Positions 24,001 to 36,900 of a DNA stretch of 64,000 nucleotides are shown here, piece after piece. Position numbers and translations under genes: made by a program. The stretch is from positions 1 through 64,000 of the forward strand of contig MEDY01000009.1 of NCBI GenBank assembly GCA_001724265.1, in the 5' to 3' direction. Positions within the stretch are counted from its first letter, which is position 1, and each line of letters opens with the position of its first letter. The stretch is from Rhizaria sp. SCN 62-66 (lineage: Eukaryota). A model generated the notes under the pieces. It had not been told where the DNA came from. It saw only the letters and a list, made by a program, of their open reading frames with translations, and ran no database searches.

Positions 24001-27000
24001 GCCGCAGGGGCCGCCCGCCGCGCCGCAGCTCGCGCGCCTGCCCGCCGCGCTGCCCATCAACAGCGTGCGTGTGGCGTCGGCCCCAGCGCCCGCGCCCGCG
24101 CCTGTGTCGACAACGGCGGTCAACAGTGGCTCAGCTGTAGCTGGCAGCGCGGTCGAGAATGGCGCCAGACTGGCGTTGTCGACAACAGTGAGCACGAGTG
24201 CGAGCTCAAGCCAGACGAGCTTTGGAAGCGCCGCCTACGTCGCGGTCAACACCAACAGCGTGACCGTGTGCGGCCGCGCCGTGCCCGTGGCCCCGCCGTC
24301 GCTCGTCTGGGGCCCGCGCAGCAGCGCCACCGCGGCTGCGCCGGTTACTGTCAACGCCCACGCCGGCCCCGTCACGGGCCCCGCGCGTGCGTACTTTACG
24401 TCGGCGCCGACGGTGCTGTTCGATGGATACACCGCGCTGGCGCACCCTACGTGGCTGCCCGCGACGGCGTCGCCCGCAGCCGTGGCGGCGTGGGAGCCCG
24501 CCAACGCGGGGCCCGCGCGCGCGCTCTCGCAGTGGCGCCAGAACGCCACCGTCGCGGAGCGCTATTACGTCGTGCGCAACGGCGGCGCGCTCCCCAGACG
24601 CGGCGTGTCGGCTTCTGCGTCTAACGTTGTGTCGGTGTCGGTATCGGCGTCGGCTAACAGCGCAAAGGTTGCGGACGCGACCACGTTTGGCCTCGCGTCG
24701 CCGCTCGCGGCTGACGAGTCTGCTTCAGACAGCGCGGTCGCAGCATTGCCTGCTGCAGCTTTGAGTGCGGGCGCTATTGTCGCTGCTGGTGACCCTGCAA
24801 CGAAAGCGACCCGTGCAGGCTCAGCCACCGCTGCCGCTCTGCTCTCTGCACCGTTCCCCAACACGCCGTGGTGCAACAGCAACACCGGCACCAGCAGCGT
24901 GTGTTCGGTGGGGCGCGACCTCGTGCTCGCACTCGCTGGCGCGCTGCCTCCGTTGCGCCCGGGCTCCCATGTTCCCTTCGCGCACGTCGACCCCTACCAG
25001 GCTGCAGCCGCCATCGCCGTACATGCCCAGCAACAACAACAGCAGCTGGGCTCCGAGGCGCCGCAAGACCGCGACCGCACGGCCGCCGGCTCCGTGTCGT
25101 TCTACGGCGTTAGCTCCAGCGTCGCCGCTGGTGCCGCCGGCGACAGCGGCGCGCGGCCGCGTGGCGTGTTCGCGTACTCCGGCCCCGTCGCGTCAACCGT
25201 GGGCGCGCCGTACCCGCCGACCGCCGCGGCCGCCGCCGCGCTCGCGCTCGCCGCGCCGACCGCCGCCGACTGCGCGCCCGTGGCCGCCGCGCTCGCCGCG
25301 CGGGGCAACGCCGACGCTCAGGCCACAGCGGGCGTCGCGGCGGCCGGGCTCGCCGCCATGCCGCCCGCGCTCGCGTGGGTCGTACTCGCTGCGGCCATCG
25401 AGAACGCCGGCTCGAACGCTGCTCTTGGCGCGATGGCCGCGAGTGATGACGTGCAGTGTGTTCTCTGGTCCCCCGCGCTCTCGGCGGCCTCGCACTTCGC
25501 TCTGCGCGCGCTTGCCGCCTCGGCGCCCTCGTCTCCCGTTGCCTCAGGCACCGGCACGAACTCCACCGCAACGGCGCTCACGGCCAACGGCGGCGTGTCT
25601 GGGCTCTCGCTGGCGGTCGCCAGCGGCGGCTCCCTGCTTTCGCTGCCTCCGCCGCCGACGCCCGTGACACCCGGCAGCTTCGCGCTGTCCTCGGTCTCCG
25701 CCGCCGCCGGCGGCGGCGCGGGCCTGTCGTCGTCTGCACTCGCGCTGCCGCAGTCCTCCTCGGCGGCCTCGGCGTCCGCGACCGCACTGACGGCGGCGCC
25801 CAGCGCGGCGCTGCGCAGCGGCGTGGAGCACGTTGTGCTCGCGCTCTGCGAGTCGGGTGGCGTGCTCTCCTGGCTCGCGCGCGCCCGTGATCGCTGCGGC
25901 TGCCCCTGCGCCGTTGAGGCGCCCGACGCTGCGCTCTGCGCCTGTTGCGGCGGCGCCGCGGGTGCCGGGCCTTGTCTCTGCGGCTGCACCGGCCACGGCG
26001 AGGACTCCTGGGCCGCGGGGCACGCGGCAGCGGTGTCTGCAGCGGCGCTCGCGCGCAGGGCCGCGCAGGCGCCGACGATGTCCACGGCCAGCGCTGGCTC
26101 TCTCGCTGCCAACGCTCCAGAGCGCTCCACGGGCGCTGCGGTCGCGGCGTGGCAACGCATCTTCCCCATGGCGCAGTACACTGGCGGCAACAACGCGCAC
26201 TCAAACGCGTATCTACTGCCCCCGGCGCCCCAGCAGCAGCTCGGGGCGACTCGCGGCAGCATGCTCGCTGTGAGCAGCAGCAGTGCCGCGGCTGCGGACG
26301 CCGCCGGTGGCGACCCGATGACTCCGCCTCGCAAGGCCGGCCGCAGCGCTGTGCGTACTGCCGCGAACACAGCTTCTGCGGCAAACGCAGCGGACGTGGA
26401 TGCCAACGCCGCCGCCGCTTGGCTGTCCGCGCCGCCGTCGCTGCCGCCCGCGCCGTACCAGAAGACGCTGCTTTCGCTACTGTACACGCACCTGCACGCA
26501 CACACGAGCCGGCTGCGCCGCGCCTGCGCCGCGCTGGCGCTGCTCGCGCGCGACGCCGCCACCACGGTCTCGGCCGCGGACCCCGCACACTGCGCGCTGC
26601 TGCACGCGCTCTGGCGCGGCTCGCTCGCGTGGACCTGCGTCGCGCCGGCGCAGGCCCTCGCCGGCGCCGCGCCCGCGCAGTCGGCCGGTTCCCTAAGTGG
26701 CGCCGTGCTGGCCGCGCGGAGGCTCGAGGCGCTGGCACCTGCGCTGGCCGTGGCGCCCGCGCTGCCGCGCGACGAGCGGTGGAAGCTTGTCGGCTTCCAG
26801 TCGGACACGCCGCTGACGGACTTCCGCGGTATGGGCCTGCTGTCGCTGCGCGCGATGGTCTACATCTGCACGCACCACCCGCGCCTCGCCGTTGCGCTCG
26901 CCGCGCTGCAGCAGCCTCCGCGCGCGCCCACGACGGTGTCCGCCGACGCCGAATCTGCGCCGGCAGACGACGCGGTGAGCGTGGCTGGCCTAGTCGCCGC

Positions 27001-28222
27001 CGTCGCGCAGCAGAGAGCGCTTGCCGCGCCCATGACCAGTGAGGCCGGTGACGACGTGGATGAAACTACCGGTGCTGACGGGTCTAGCAGCGTCGGCTCC
27101 CCTGCCTCCGCACCCGCCGCGAGCAGCAAGACTGGCTTTAACGGCGCGCGCGAGTATCCTTACGCGACGGCCGTTATCAACGTCGTCGCCGCGCTCGCCC
27201 GCATGCTCCCGCTGCCGCGCTTCACGCCCTCAGCCGGCTCCGGCGCCGCGGCCGCCGCCGACACGCTTGGCGTCCGCCGCTCGCGCGCGCCCGGCCGTGG
27301 CGGTAGCATGTGCGGGGGCGGCGCGGGCGAGTACACCGAGATCATGCTCGAGTCGCTGATGCCCGGCTCGGCGCCGTGGCTCGGCGTGGCTGACCCCGCC
27401 CACTGCGAGCCCGCGCTGCCGGAGCCCTTCGCGCCCACCGCCGCACAGGCCGCCTCCTAGGCCGCCGCGGCCGGTGGCGGCGGCGGCGGGCTGTTCGCGG
27501 AGTCGGCCGACGCGGACGCCGTGCCGGTCGGCGCGGCCGCCGTGCGCGCGACGGCCCACGCCGTGGCCGACGGCGGCGCCGCCACAGACGCCGTGCTTGA
27601 CGCCGCCTTCGCGCACTCGCCGCCGGACCTGGTGCAGTACCCGCTGTTCCGCCTCATGACGCTGCCGCGCGCGGCCCCGCGGCGCGCCCCCGCGCCGGGC
27701 ACCACGCGGCTTGTGCCGCACGTCGCGCTCTCGCCCTCGATGGTCTTCTTCGAGGTCGTCACGCAGACCGTCGCTCTCACCGACGTCATCTTCGCGCGCG
27801 TCGGCGCGGGCTACTTCACTTTCCCGCAGGTGCTCGCGGCCGCCGTCACGCGCTGCAGGCTCGCGCTTGCGCGCGCGCCCGTGACGCTCGAGGCTTTCGC
27901 CGAGATCCTGTGGGCGGACGAGGCGCCCTGGCTGCGCGCCGCCGCCGAGGTCGCAGTTTGCCCGCTGCAGAACGCGCTGTGCGTGGACTATGGCGCTGCT
28001 GCTGGCAGTGGTGGCGCCGGCAGTGGCGCGGGGGCGCCGCAGGCGGCCGTGGACGCGGTTGGCGCGTTGGCCAAGGCGCTAGCGCTGGCGGCGCCGCCCG
28101 CGGCGGAGGACTTTGCGTTCTTCCTCGAGACGGACGGGCTGGTGCAAGCGGTGGCGCCCCGGCCCGCAGTGCCGGCTTTCGTGGTGCCCACGGTTTTTGA
28201 TCTCGGCGACAGGCTGGTGTGA
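21005..28222 (+). CDS. FYVE zinc finger + ELMO/CED-12 domain protein, ~2405 aa, with an in-frame TAG at 27458-27460
   Basis: [18 protein letters not shown]....[49 protein letters not shown] and [11 protein letters not shown] before the TAG, then [30 protein letters not shown] after it in the same frame. Ends in TGA 28220-28222. Confidence 0.85.
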
Positions 28223-29045
28223 GGATTAGAGAGTGGGGGAGTTCTGCATCGGTCACAACTGCTACTGTGACGATGATGTAATCGCTCAGAAAAATCTTGA
28301 TGACGCACAGTAAATAGTACCCAGACATTTGAACGCGCAATGTAAAGAATAATCATTCGTCAATACATCCCCAAAACATTATCTTACTTACAGTGAAGAA
28401 GCTCCCTTCAACGACGAGGTGCTGAGCCTCTTCGTTGAGCATTGCGCGTCTGGAACGTGTTGCCTTTGATAGCAAAACACGATGTCAATTTTGAATGACT
28501 TGATATTCCATAGAGAACGTGTCATCAATCGTGATCTTAGTATCGATACCGAGGGTCGGACTTTAACTCGTCCAATCCATGATATTGTCGTGTTGAGAGC
28601 TTGCCAGCGTGTCTACTAGTTTGCCCTATTGGTGTGATTCCCCGCAAGCTGATCATCTGCGCGCCTCGAGTTTCACTGACGGGTGATGCAAACACAGATA
28701 CTATAGAAAAGCTGAAAATGCAACCTATACACTCCTGTCTGGACGTAAGACGTTATGGTATTCGCCTTTTATCTCTGCTGTAAAGAATTGTAGTCGTGTT
28801 ATGAAGTTGTATTTTAATCATCACAGCGCGCGTGTTTTGAATACGATTAGCATGCGCTCTCTGTTCTCTACCACTAACAATAACGTGTTTTTCTTCATTA
28901 TACAACGTGTGTACATGTTAATATATACTCGAAACTCCAATAAATCTTATTAATCACCACAGACACTCAAACTCAACCCCGTCCTGAGTCGCCAGCCGAA
29001 GCACACACGCTCGCACACGCTTGCACACTCACGCTCGCGCCGTGC

Positions 29046-30282
<1,237 letters not shown>

Positions 30283-30445
30283 TCATCCGTCTGTGAAATA
30301 ACTAGCCACGTATCGTAATTTTTCGTGTGCAAATATGTGCTGATTTTTAACTGCATGTCGACCACACTCACCTGTGGCTCTCTACACTTTTTCTTAAATC
30401 GTTTCTCCCCCTCACTACATCCACTACTCGCTGGCAACACAGTAG

Positions 30446-33033
30446 ATGGACGTTCGCGATCGATTCCACGTCCACCCGGACCTTCCGCTCCTCCTCAAGG
30501 ATTGGACGCGTGAGGTACTCCGTTACCAGCCCGAGAACGTTGTCGAGTTCTCTCGTGACTACTTCACTGCGTACGTTTCACTCTCTGCTGCCTCGAGCCC
30601 AACGTCTCTTGTTCAACTCCCTTGATTGACTGTTTATGCACCTTCAAAAGCAGTTCAGTCACCCACTGTCTATCGCCGCTATGTATCTTACGTGTCTCAA
30701 TGTTTGCGTTTTCTGCCTTCTTATTTTTGCTCCTGCACAGCCTCGCCAGCGACGGCATGGTGGGTACCGCGCAGCTCTCGCTGCTCCAGGGCCCGCGCGC
30801 CCACCTGTCGTCCTACAACAAGATGGAGCACGCCAACCGCGTTCGCAACGGGCCCCATGACGTTGCCTCCGCTGCCGCCGGCCCCCGCGGTGGTTTTTCC
30901 CACGGCGCGCACGGTGCCGCGTCCGCCTCCTCTGCGTCTCACGGCGGCGGCATCAACAACGCCACCAGTTACAGCACCAGTGGCAGCGGCAGCGCCTTCG
31001 CTGGCAACGCCACCTCCGCCGCCGCCAACGGCGACGCGTCCCCCCTTCCTGGTCACGGCGCCGACGCCTCCGCCGCGGGCGCCGGTGCGCGCGCGCCCAC
31101 GCTCGCGATCGCGGCGCCCGCGGTGTGGAGCGCAGCGTCGATTGCGCACATCGCGGGGCAGGCGCCGGCCGAGTTCGCCGCGCGCGCCGCGCTCGTGCTC
31201 GACTCTGAGGTCCCGCTGCTCACCACGCCCACGGTCGACGCGCTCGCAGTCTACGCCGCGCTCTCCGCCATCCTCGACGACTCGGACGCTGCCGGCGGTG
31301 CCAACGGCGGGAACGGGGTGCCCAGTGCGCAGGCGCTGTCGGCGGCGTCGATCGCGGCTCAGTGGCTGCGGCAGAGCGGCGCGCCGGCCGGGCTGCTTGA
31401 CGCGCGGCTGGCGGCCGAAGCCATCGCGGCCGTCACGCTTGCGGCGGGACTCTCAGCGGCCGATTTCCGGTCCGGGCTCGCCCGCGCGGAGGCGCGCGTG
31501 GCCGCGATGGGCGGCGCAGCGGGCGTCACTGCGCGCGGCGACGCGCTGCGGCCGCTCTTTGCCGCCTACGACGACGCTGGGCGCGGGCGCATTGCGCGGT
31601 ATGAGATGCTGCTGCTTTTGGAGCCCGTGCGCGCAATGCTGCCCGCCACCGCGCTCGCCGCGCTCGAGGACTACGATGACAGCGCGAACAGCTCCGACCA
31701 CGACAACGATGGCGGCAGCGACGGCGGCGTGAGCGCGCGTGTGGGCACTGCGCACGCGACTGCGCAGGAGTTCGTGCGCACGCTCTTCGAGCTCACCAGC
31801 GGGCTCGACCAGCGCGCGTTCGACCAAGGTACATGAAGCATAAATCATGCTCATATCGCTATTGACAGTAACGTGTGACTTTTGATGAACTGAATGCACT
31901 TGTATTTTATTTTATTTTTCATAACATGCTTATTTGTGCTTTGTAACTTTTTTTCTTGTTGTCTTTCTTCTTTCGCAGTCGTCGAGATGATCTCCGCGCA
32001 CATCCCGATCGCGCGCGCGTCCCTGGCGCCCCGCGCGGCGAAGCTCACCCGTCTGTACCTGCAGCTGGACTCTTCCCTGGCGGGCGCGCTGCCCGCCTCG
32101 GACCTCGCAGCTGTGATCCGTCTGCTTGCCGCGTCGGCCGCCGCGAAGCCCGCGGCGCTTAAAGCCGCGCTGCTGGCCTCTGACACGCTGGGCGCGGGCG
32201 CAGGCGCGGGCAGCGCGAGCAGTGCGGCCGTGCTGGGCGAGAGCGACGTGAGCGCGACGCGCGCGGCGCTGGCCCGCGCGGCGGACGACTTCGAGGCCGG
32301 CGTCGCGGCCGCGCTGCACCAGCTCGAGGCGCGCGGCGGGCGGCGCGTCGACCTCACGACGTTCGTGGTGACGGCGCTGCGCACGAGCGTGGGGTGCGCT
32401 GACGACGTCTTCGCACTGGGCGTCATGCGCGCGGGCCGCATGGCTGAGGAGCGCCAGGCGGCGCAGGCGCTCGTGCACGAGACAGAGGAAGCCATCGAGC
32501 GCAAGCGGGCCGAGGCCAACGAGCGCGCGGGGGCGGCGGCCGGCGTGGGCGCTGGTGCGGGCGTGGGTGCGAGCTACGAGAGCTACCAGGACGGCGACGA
32601 CGATGACGGCGACGGCGACGGTGACCAGTACCAGGACCAAGAGCAGGAGCAGGAGCAGGAGCAAGAGCCTGAGCAAGATGAGAGTGGGGTTGCGTTTGGC
32701 GTGAATCGTGATAATGACGACGACGAGAACGGCGAGCAGAACCAGGAGCAGGAGCCCGAGGACCAGCAGGAGCAGGAGCAGGAGCAGGAACTGGAGCAGG
32801 AGGCGCCTTATGCCGACTTCGCTCAGTCTGGCGACAACGGTGACGGCAACGAGGACGCGGACGCAGAGCAGCAGCAGAACCCTGACGACGAACAGTGGAG
32901 TGCGCCGGCCGAGGGTGACGCGTTTGGCGGCGATGCGGGCTTGGAGGACGCCGCGGGACTTGTTGCCGGAGACGAGAACGAGCACGAGCCTGCCGCCGCT
33001 GTGGGCGACGATGACGAGGAAGAGGAGCAGTGA
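30446..33033 (+). CDS. RIIa dimerisation/docking domain + degenerate EF-hand repeats + acidic tail; exons 30446-30570, 30741-31828 and 31979-33033; ~755 aa; radial-spoke (RSP7-like) architecture
   Basis: Exon 1 (absent from the ORF track) encodes MDVRDRFHVHPDLPLLLKDWTREVLRYQPENVVEFSRDYF, an RIIa D/D signature. EF-hand-like LFAAYDDAGRGRIARYEM and LYLQLDSSLAGALPASDL. QE/D-rich tail. Ends in TGA. Confidence 0.78.
30571..30740 (+). other. Spliceosomal intron (170 nt, phase 2)
   Basis: GTACGT...TGCACAG, T-rich, in-frame join. Confidence 0.82.
31829..31978 (+). other. Spliceosomal intron (150 nt, phase 1)
   Basis: AAG|GTACAT, very AT-rich body, long pyrimidine tract, CGCAG acceptor, in-frame join. 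Confidence 0.85.
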
Positions 33034-33946
33034 ACCGTGTGAGCTCGCGCATGCTTGGAATCGGTTCGAAAGATTGACTTGCTCTCGTGTTATGGCCCGA
33101 GCCAGAGGCCACATAGATACGTACAATACATATTGATGAATTTCACAACTGGAACTTCTGCGACTACGCTAAGTTCACACGTTGATCGTGAAATATCTCT
33201 GAAATTTTCACTTTTCGATGTAAAATTCTATAAAAATGCAAAACATTTGTTTTATTAATTAAATTGTTCATATTCTGTTCTGAAATGACTCATTCTCGGA
33301 AAATATGTATCTTCCCAAAATGTTCTTCATTTTTTGGGCGATCGCAGAAATCTAAGGTCAAGACACTTTTTTCCTGTCAAGCTTCAAACATTCATTCAAA
33401 TGCACGGGGAAAAAGGGGAGGAACAAATTGTAAATACATTCTAGCAATAGTTTGACGATTGGGGAGCACACCAGACCTGTTGTTTATAGAGTTGCAAACC
33501 TTGTTGTGACTTAAAAACTCACATTCAGCTTATGAGGCTCAGCGAATCAAGCACGGTTGATCATGGCGACAGTAAAGAAGCGGGACAAAGAGGAATACCG
33601 TGAATCGACTGACATTTTTTTTATTTCAGAGTGTCAATTCTTATAATCTTGTTTGACTTTGCTAGCTCACAGTCACTCGCCCTGGACCAGGCAGCTGCCC
33701 CCTTGGTGACTTGAAGAAGATTACTTTTGGCACGACTTTCGAGATGGATAACCCACATATGAATATGCAAGAAACTGTACTGTATTTAAAAAAGTTGCAT
33801 CCTAGAAGTTCATTTGTACCGTCTCATGAGGTCTATGTTGCATTGAGATATCTCGCGTTTTCGTTTCGAGACCCATGTCTCTCATTGTCTGACATTCATT
33901 GTGTCTCCTCACAATTCTTTCTGGCACAACATTCGTTCAGCGGCAC

Positions 33947-36900
33947 ATGTTCACATGTGCAGCTACAACTTTTGCGCGCGTTGTGGGGACGCTTTCTCTC
34001 TGTATTGCTATGATCCAGGTACTAGTACTACCGATGCTGAACGCAATGGTGATTCAGTACCTCCCAACTTCACCTCGCAACTATTTCCGTCTCTCAATCG
34101 CAGAGGTTGACCGCTGGCAGCTTCCAACTTCGTTGCTCACTGTGTTAGTTACGCCGTATTCCAGCGGGAGATCATTCGAATTTGACACGGACCGCAGCTG
34201 CGTGCTGCAAAACTCTGACGCACAGGTCGTACACTCATCACCCAATTCGATCACATTCGGCTTTCCGGGGAAGGATCCGTTTCAAATTCTTCCCACGGGG
34301 AAGGCCAGCTTTGAGCTTCGTTGCAGCTTTGCCGGACGACAATTCGAGGGGCTAAATGACGGTGTTGTAACTGCGCAAATCACAGCACTACCCTCACTGT
34401 AGGAAACCGTCTCGTTCAGCACAGTGCGAGTCACGTCAAACATCATCACATTGCCAGCCTACACCAAGACTGGACTCTACGGCGTAATGCCAGCGTGGAC
34501 AAGCTTGAGTTCGTTCTCAATTGATTTACGCATGGCGTTAAACTTCCAAAGCTCCACGCCACTTCCGAATGACTTCATAGAACTTAGCTTTCCCAGTCTA
34601 CTGAATGCAGAGTTGCTCACGTCGTGTTGGTATGCACCAGAAATGGTGCGTACACCGCGCTACCGTACCAAGTTCTTACGCGTACCGGGCGAAAATAAGA
34701 TTCGTCTCTACTTAAACCCAATGGACTCCGATCTTGAGGCGCTTGTTCGTCCGCCGTTGCGACCAGACTCGGACATCAACGGCCACCGCAGCATTATCTG
34801 CTCTGGCTTCACGGGTGGACCCGAACAGAACACAGGCTCAGTAGACTATTACCCAATTGTGAATTATTACGGAGGCAAAAATAATGTAAACCTTGCAGGT
34901 TATTACCTCCCGACACGCTTGTATTCGCTACCATGGTTCCCTCCTACGGTCTCCAGTGAAGTCAGGTCTGCCCCACTCGGCGCAGTGCACACTGTTGTTT
35001 TCACATTTATCTGCGCACAAGCCATGCTGCAACCTATAATGCGCGTTCAAACGCCGCATATCGAGCACACCGGGCTTGCATTCCTTGGATCACCAGTGTG
35101 TACTGCGGCGTTAGACCAAAGTGATGCTCCAATATCAAACATCATTACTTCTTCATATGCATTCACCGTTGACTTGCACACTGTTGCCATTGCAGGCAAC
35201 CCAACAGCGTCGCTCGTTGTTACGTGCAAGTTTCGCTTTACTGGCGCCTTTGGCTTCACACCAAAGACACTGTCATTTGACTTAAACGCGCGCCTATCCC
35301 CACAGAACGGCGGCGACAACGATGTTGTGATATCGGTCCCACTAAGCGTTACATCGCGAGCTGAGATCGGCGCAACGCCTATTGCAGCAACTCTTTCTCC
35401 TGCTCCCCTATTTGATGTGCCTGTGCAGCTCACGGTTACTGCTTCAATCAAGCGCACGTACCTTATCGACGCGCTGCCCGTGCTCGCGCTATCTGTCTCA
35501 CCTTCACGGCTGATGCCATTGAATGCAATTTGCACGCTTAAGGTGAACGACATTGTGCTTATTACATCCGAAGAGTTGAAGCTTGACGCATATGCATTGT
35601 TTGGCATGAAGCCTTCGCTGATAGGACAGGTTCCCACAGCAGGCGAGTACGTTTCCCTTGAGATACAGTGCAGTGCCGTGACGATTCCGTCAACAGTGAA
35701 CGAACACGTAATGCCCGTGGTCACCCTGCGCGTGCTGCCAGCAATAACGTTCTCCTCTGGAGTTGATTTGCAGGCTTACGAAGTCGAACGCACACTAGCT
35801 GTTATCCCATACCCGACAGTTTCAGCCTCTCCATCTCTGCTGTCAACACGAGTTTTCGCAGACAAGAATGGCGACTTTATTTTTAACGTTGAGATATCAA
35901 TTCCAGCGCTTACGACGGATTTGTACATTGTTGACATTGTTACAATTACAGTCGTGCCACAAAGCACGCGCGACTACGGCACATTTAAACGCGTAGACGT
36001 TCAAAACCCCGTGCGTATGTGCGTAGTCATGAGCACAGCAACAGGCGAGAGGTTTCGCACAGCAACACCTTTAGGGTCATCTTATGTGCTCAGCGAGCCT
36101 GTTCCAACTGCAATCACGTTTGCACTTGCCGACGACATCCCCAAAGGAACTGCGCTCACTGTGCTGTGCCCTCAGTCGCTTGAGAAAACTCGCGACAACA
36201 CGGCTGATGTCACGCGCGGCACGTTGCGCACAAACATTGTGACGTTTGCCGTGACGCGGTCAACAACGAGCATGCTAATATACACATCGTTTAAGGCAGC
36301 AGAGCCCCAACCAGCAAGCAATTTTGCGTTGATCAACACAATCCAGTTCTTGCATGATCAAGTTGGATATAGCAATGTGTTCAATGCTCTTTATCACAAC
36401 CCGTCTCAGATTAACGCACAACTTGCACCGTTGCAGCCGCTAAGCGTGCGAGTGTCTGCAACCGTTTCGTGGTTCGACCAATATAATTCAGTGCCGGTCT
36501 GCAGTCTGTTGATTAACTCTCACGAAATTGTATCCGTCAGTGTCTCGATTTTGTCTGACAAATCACTGCAAATTTTTGGAATTAACAATGCAGCGCCGCA
36601 TGTAGAAGAGGTTTTACAATACCAATGGTACGACATTTACACTGGATGCGCCATCCGCGTTCGATGCTCTGGCATTGTACTTCTTACAGCTCCAAGTCAG
36701 ATTCCGCAGTTCTCACTTGATACATTACTCCCTGCCGTAAGCACCGGGGTGTTCGAGAAAATAACTGTTGTGCGCAGCATTACCACGGCACCCCGCATGT
36801 ATATGAACATTGCCTCGCTGGCTTTACGTAAGGTAACTCTCTCAACAGTATTGCCGTTTCCAGCACTGTTTGGGTTGCACCTAGGCTCGCTTGGCATTGA

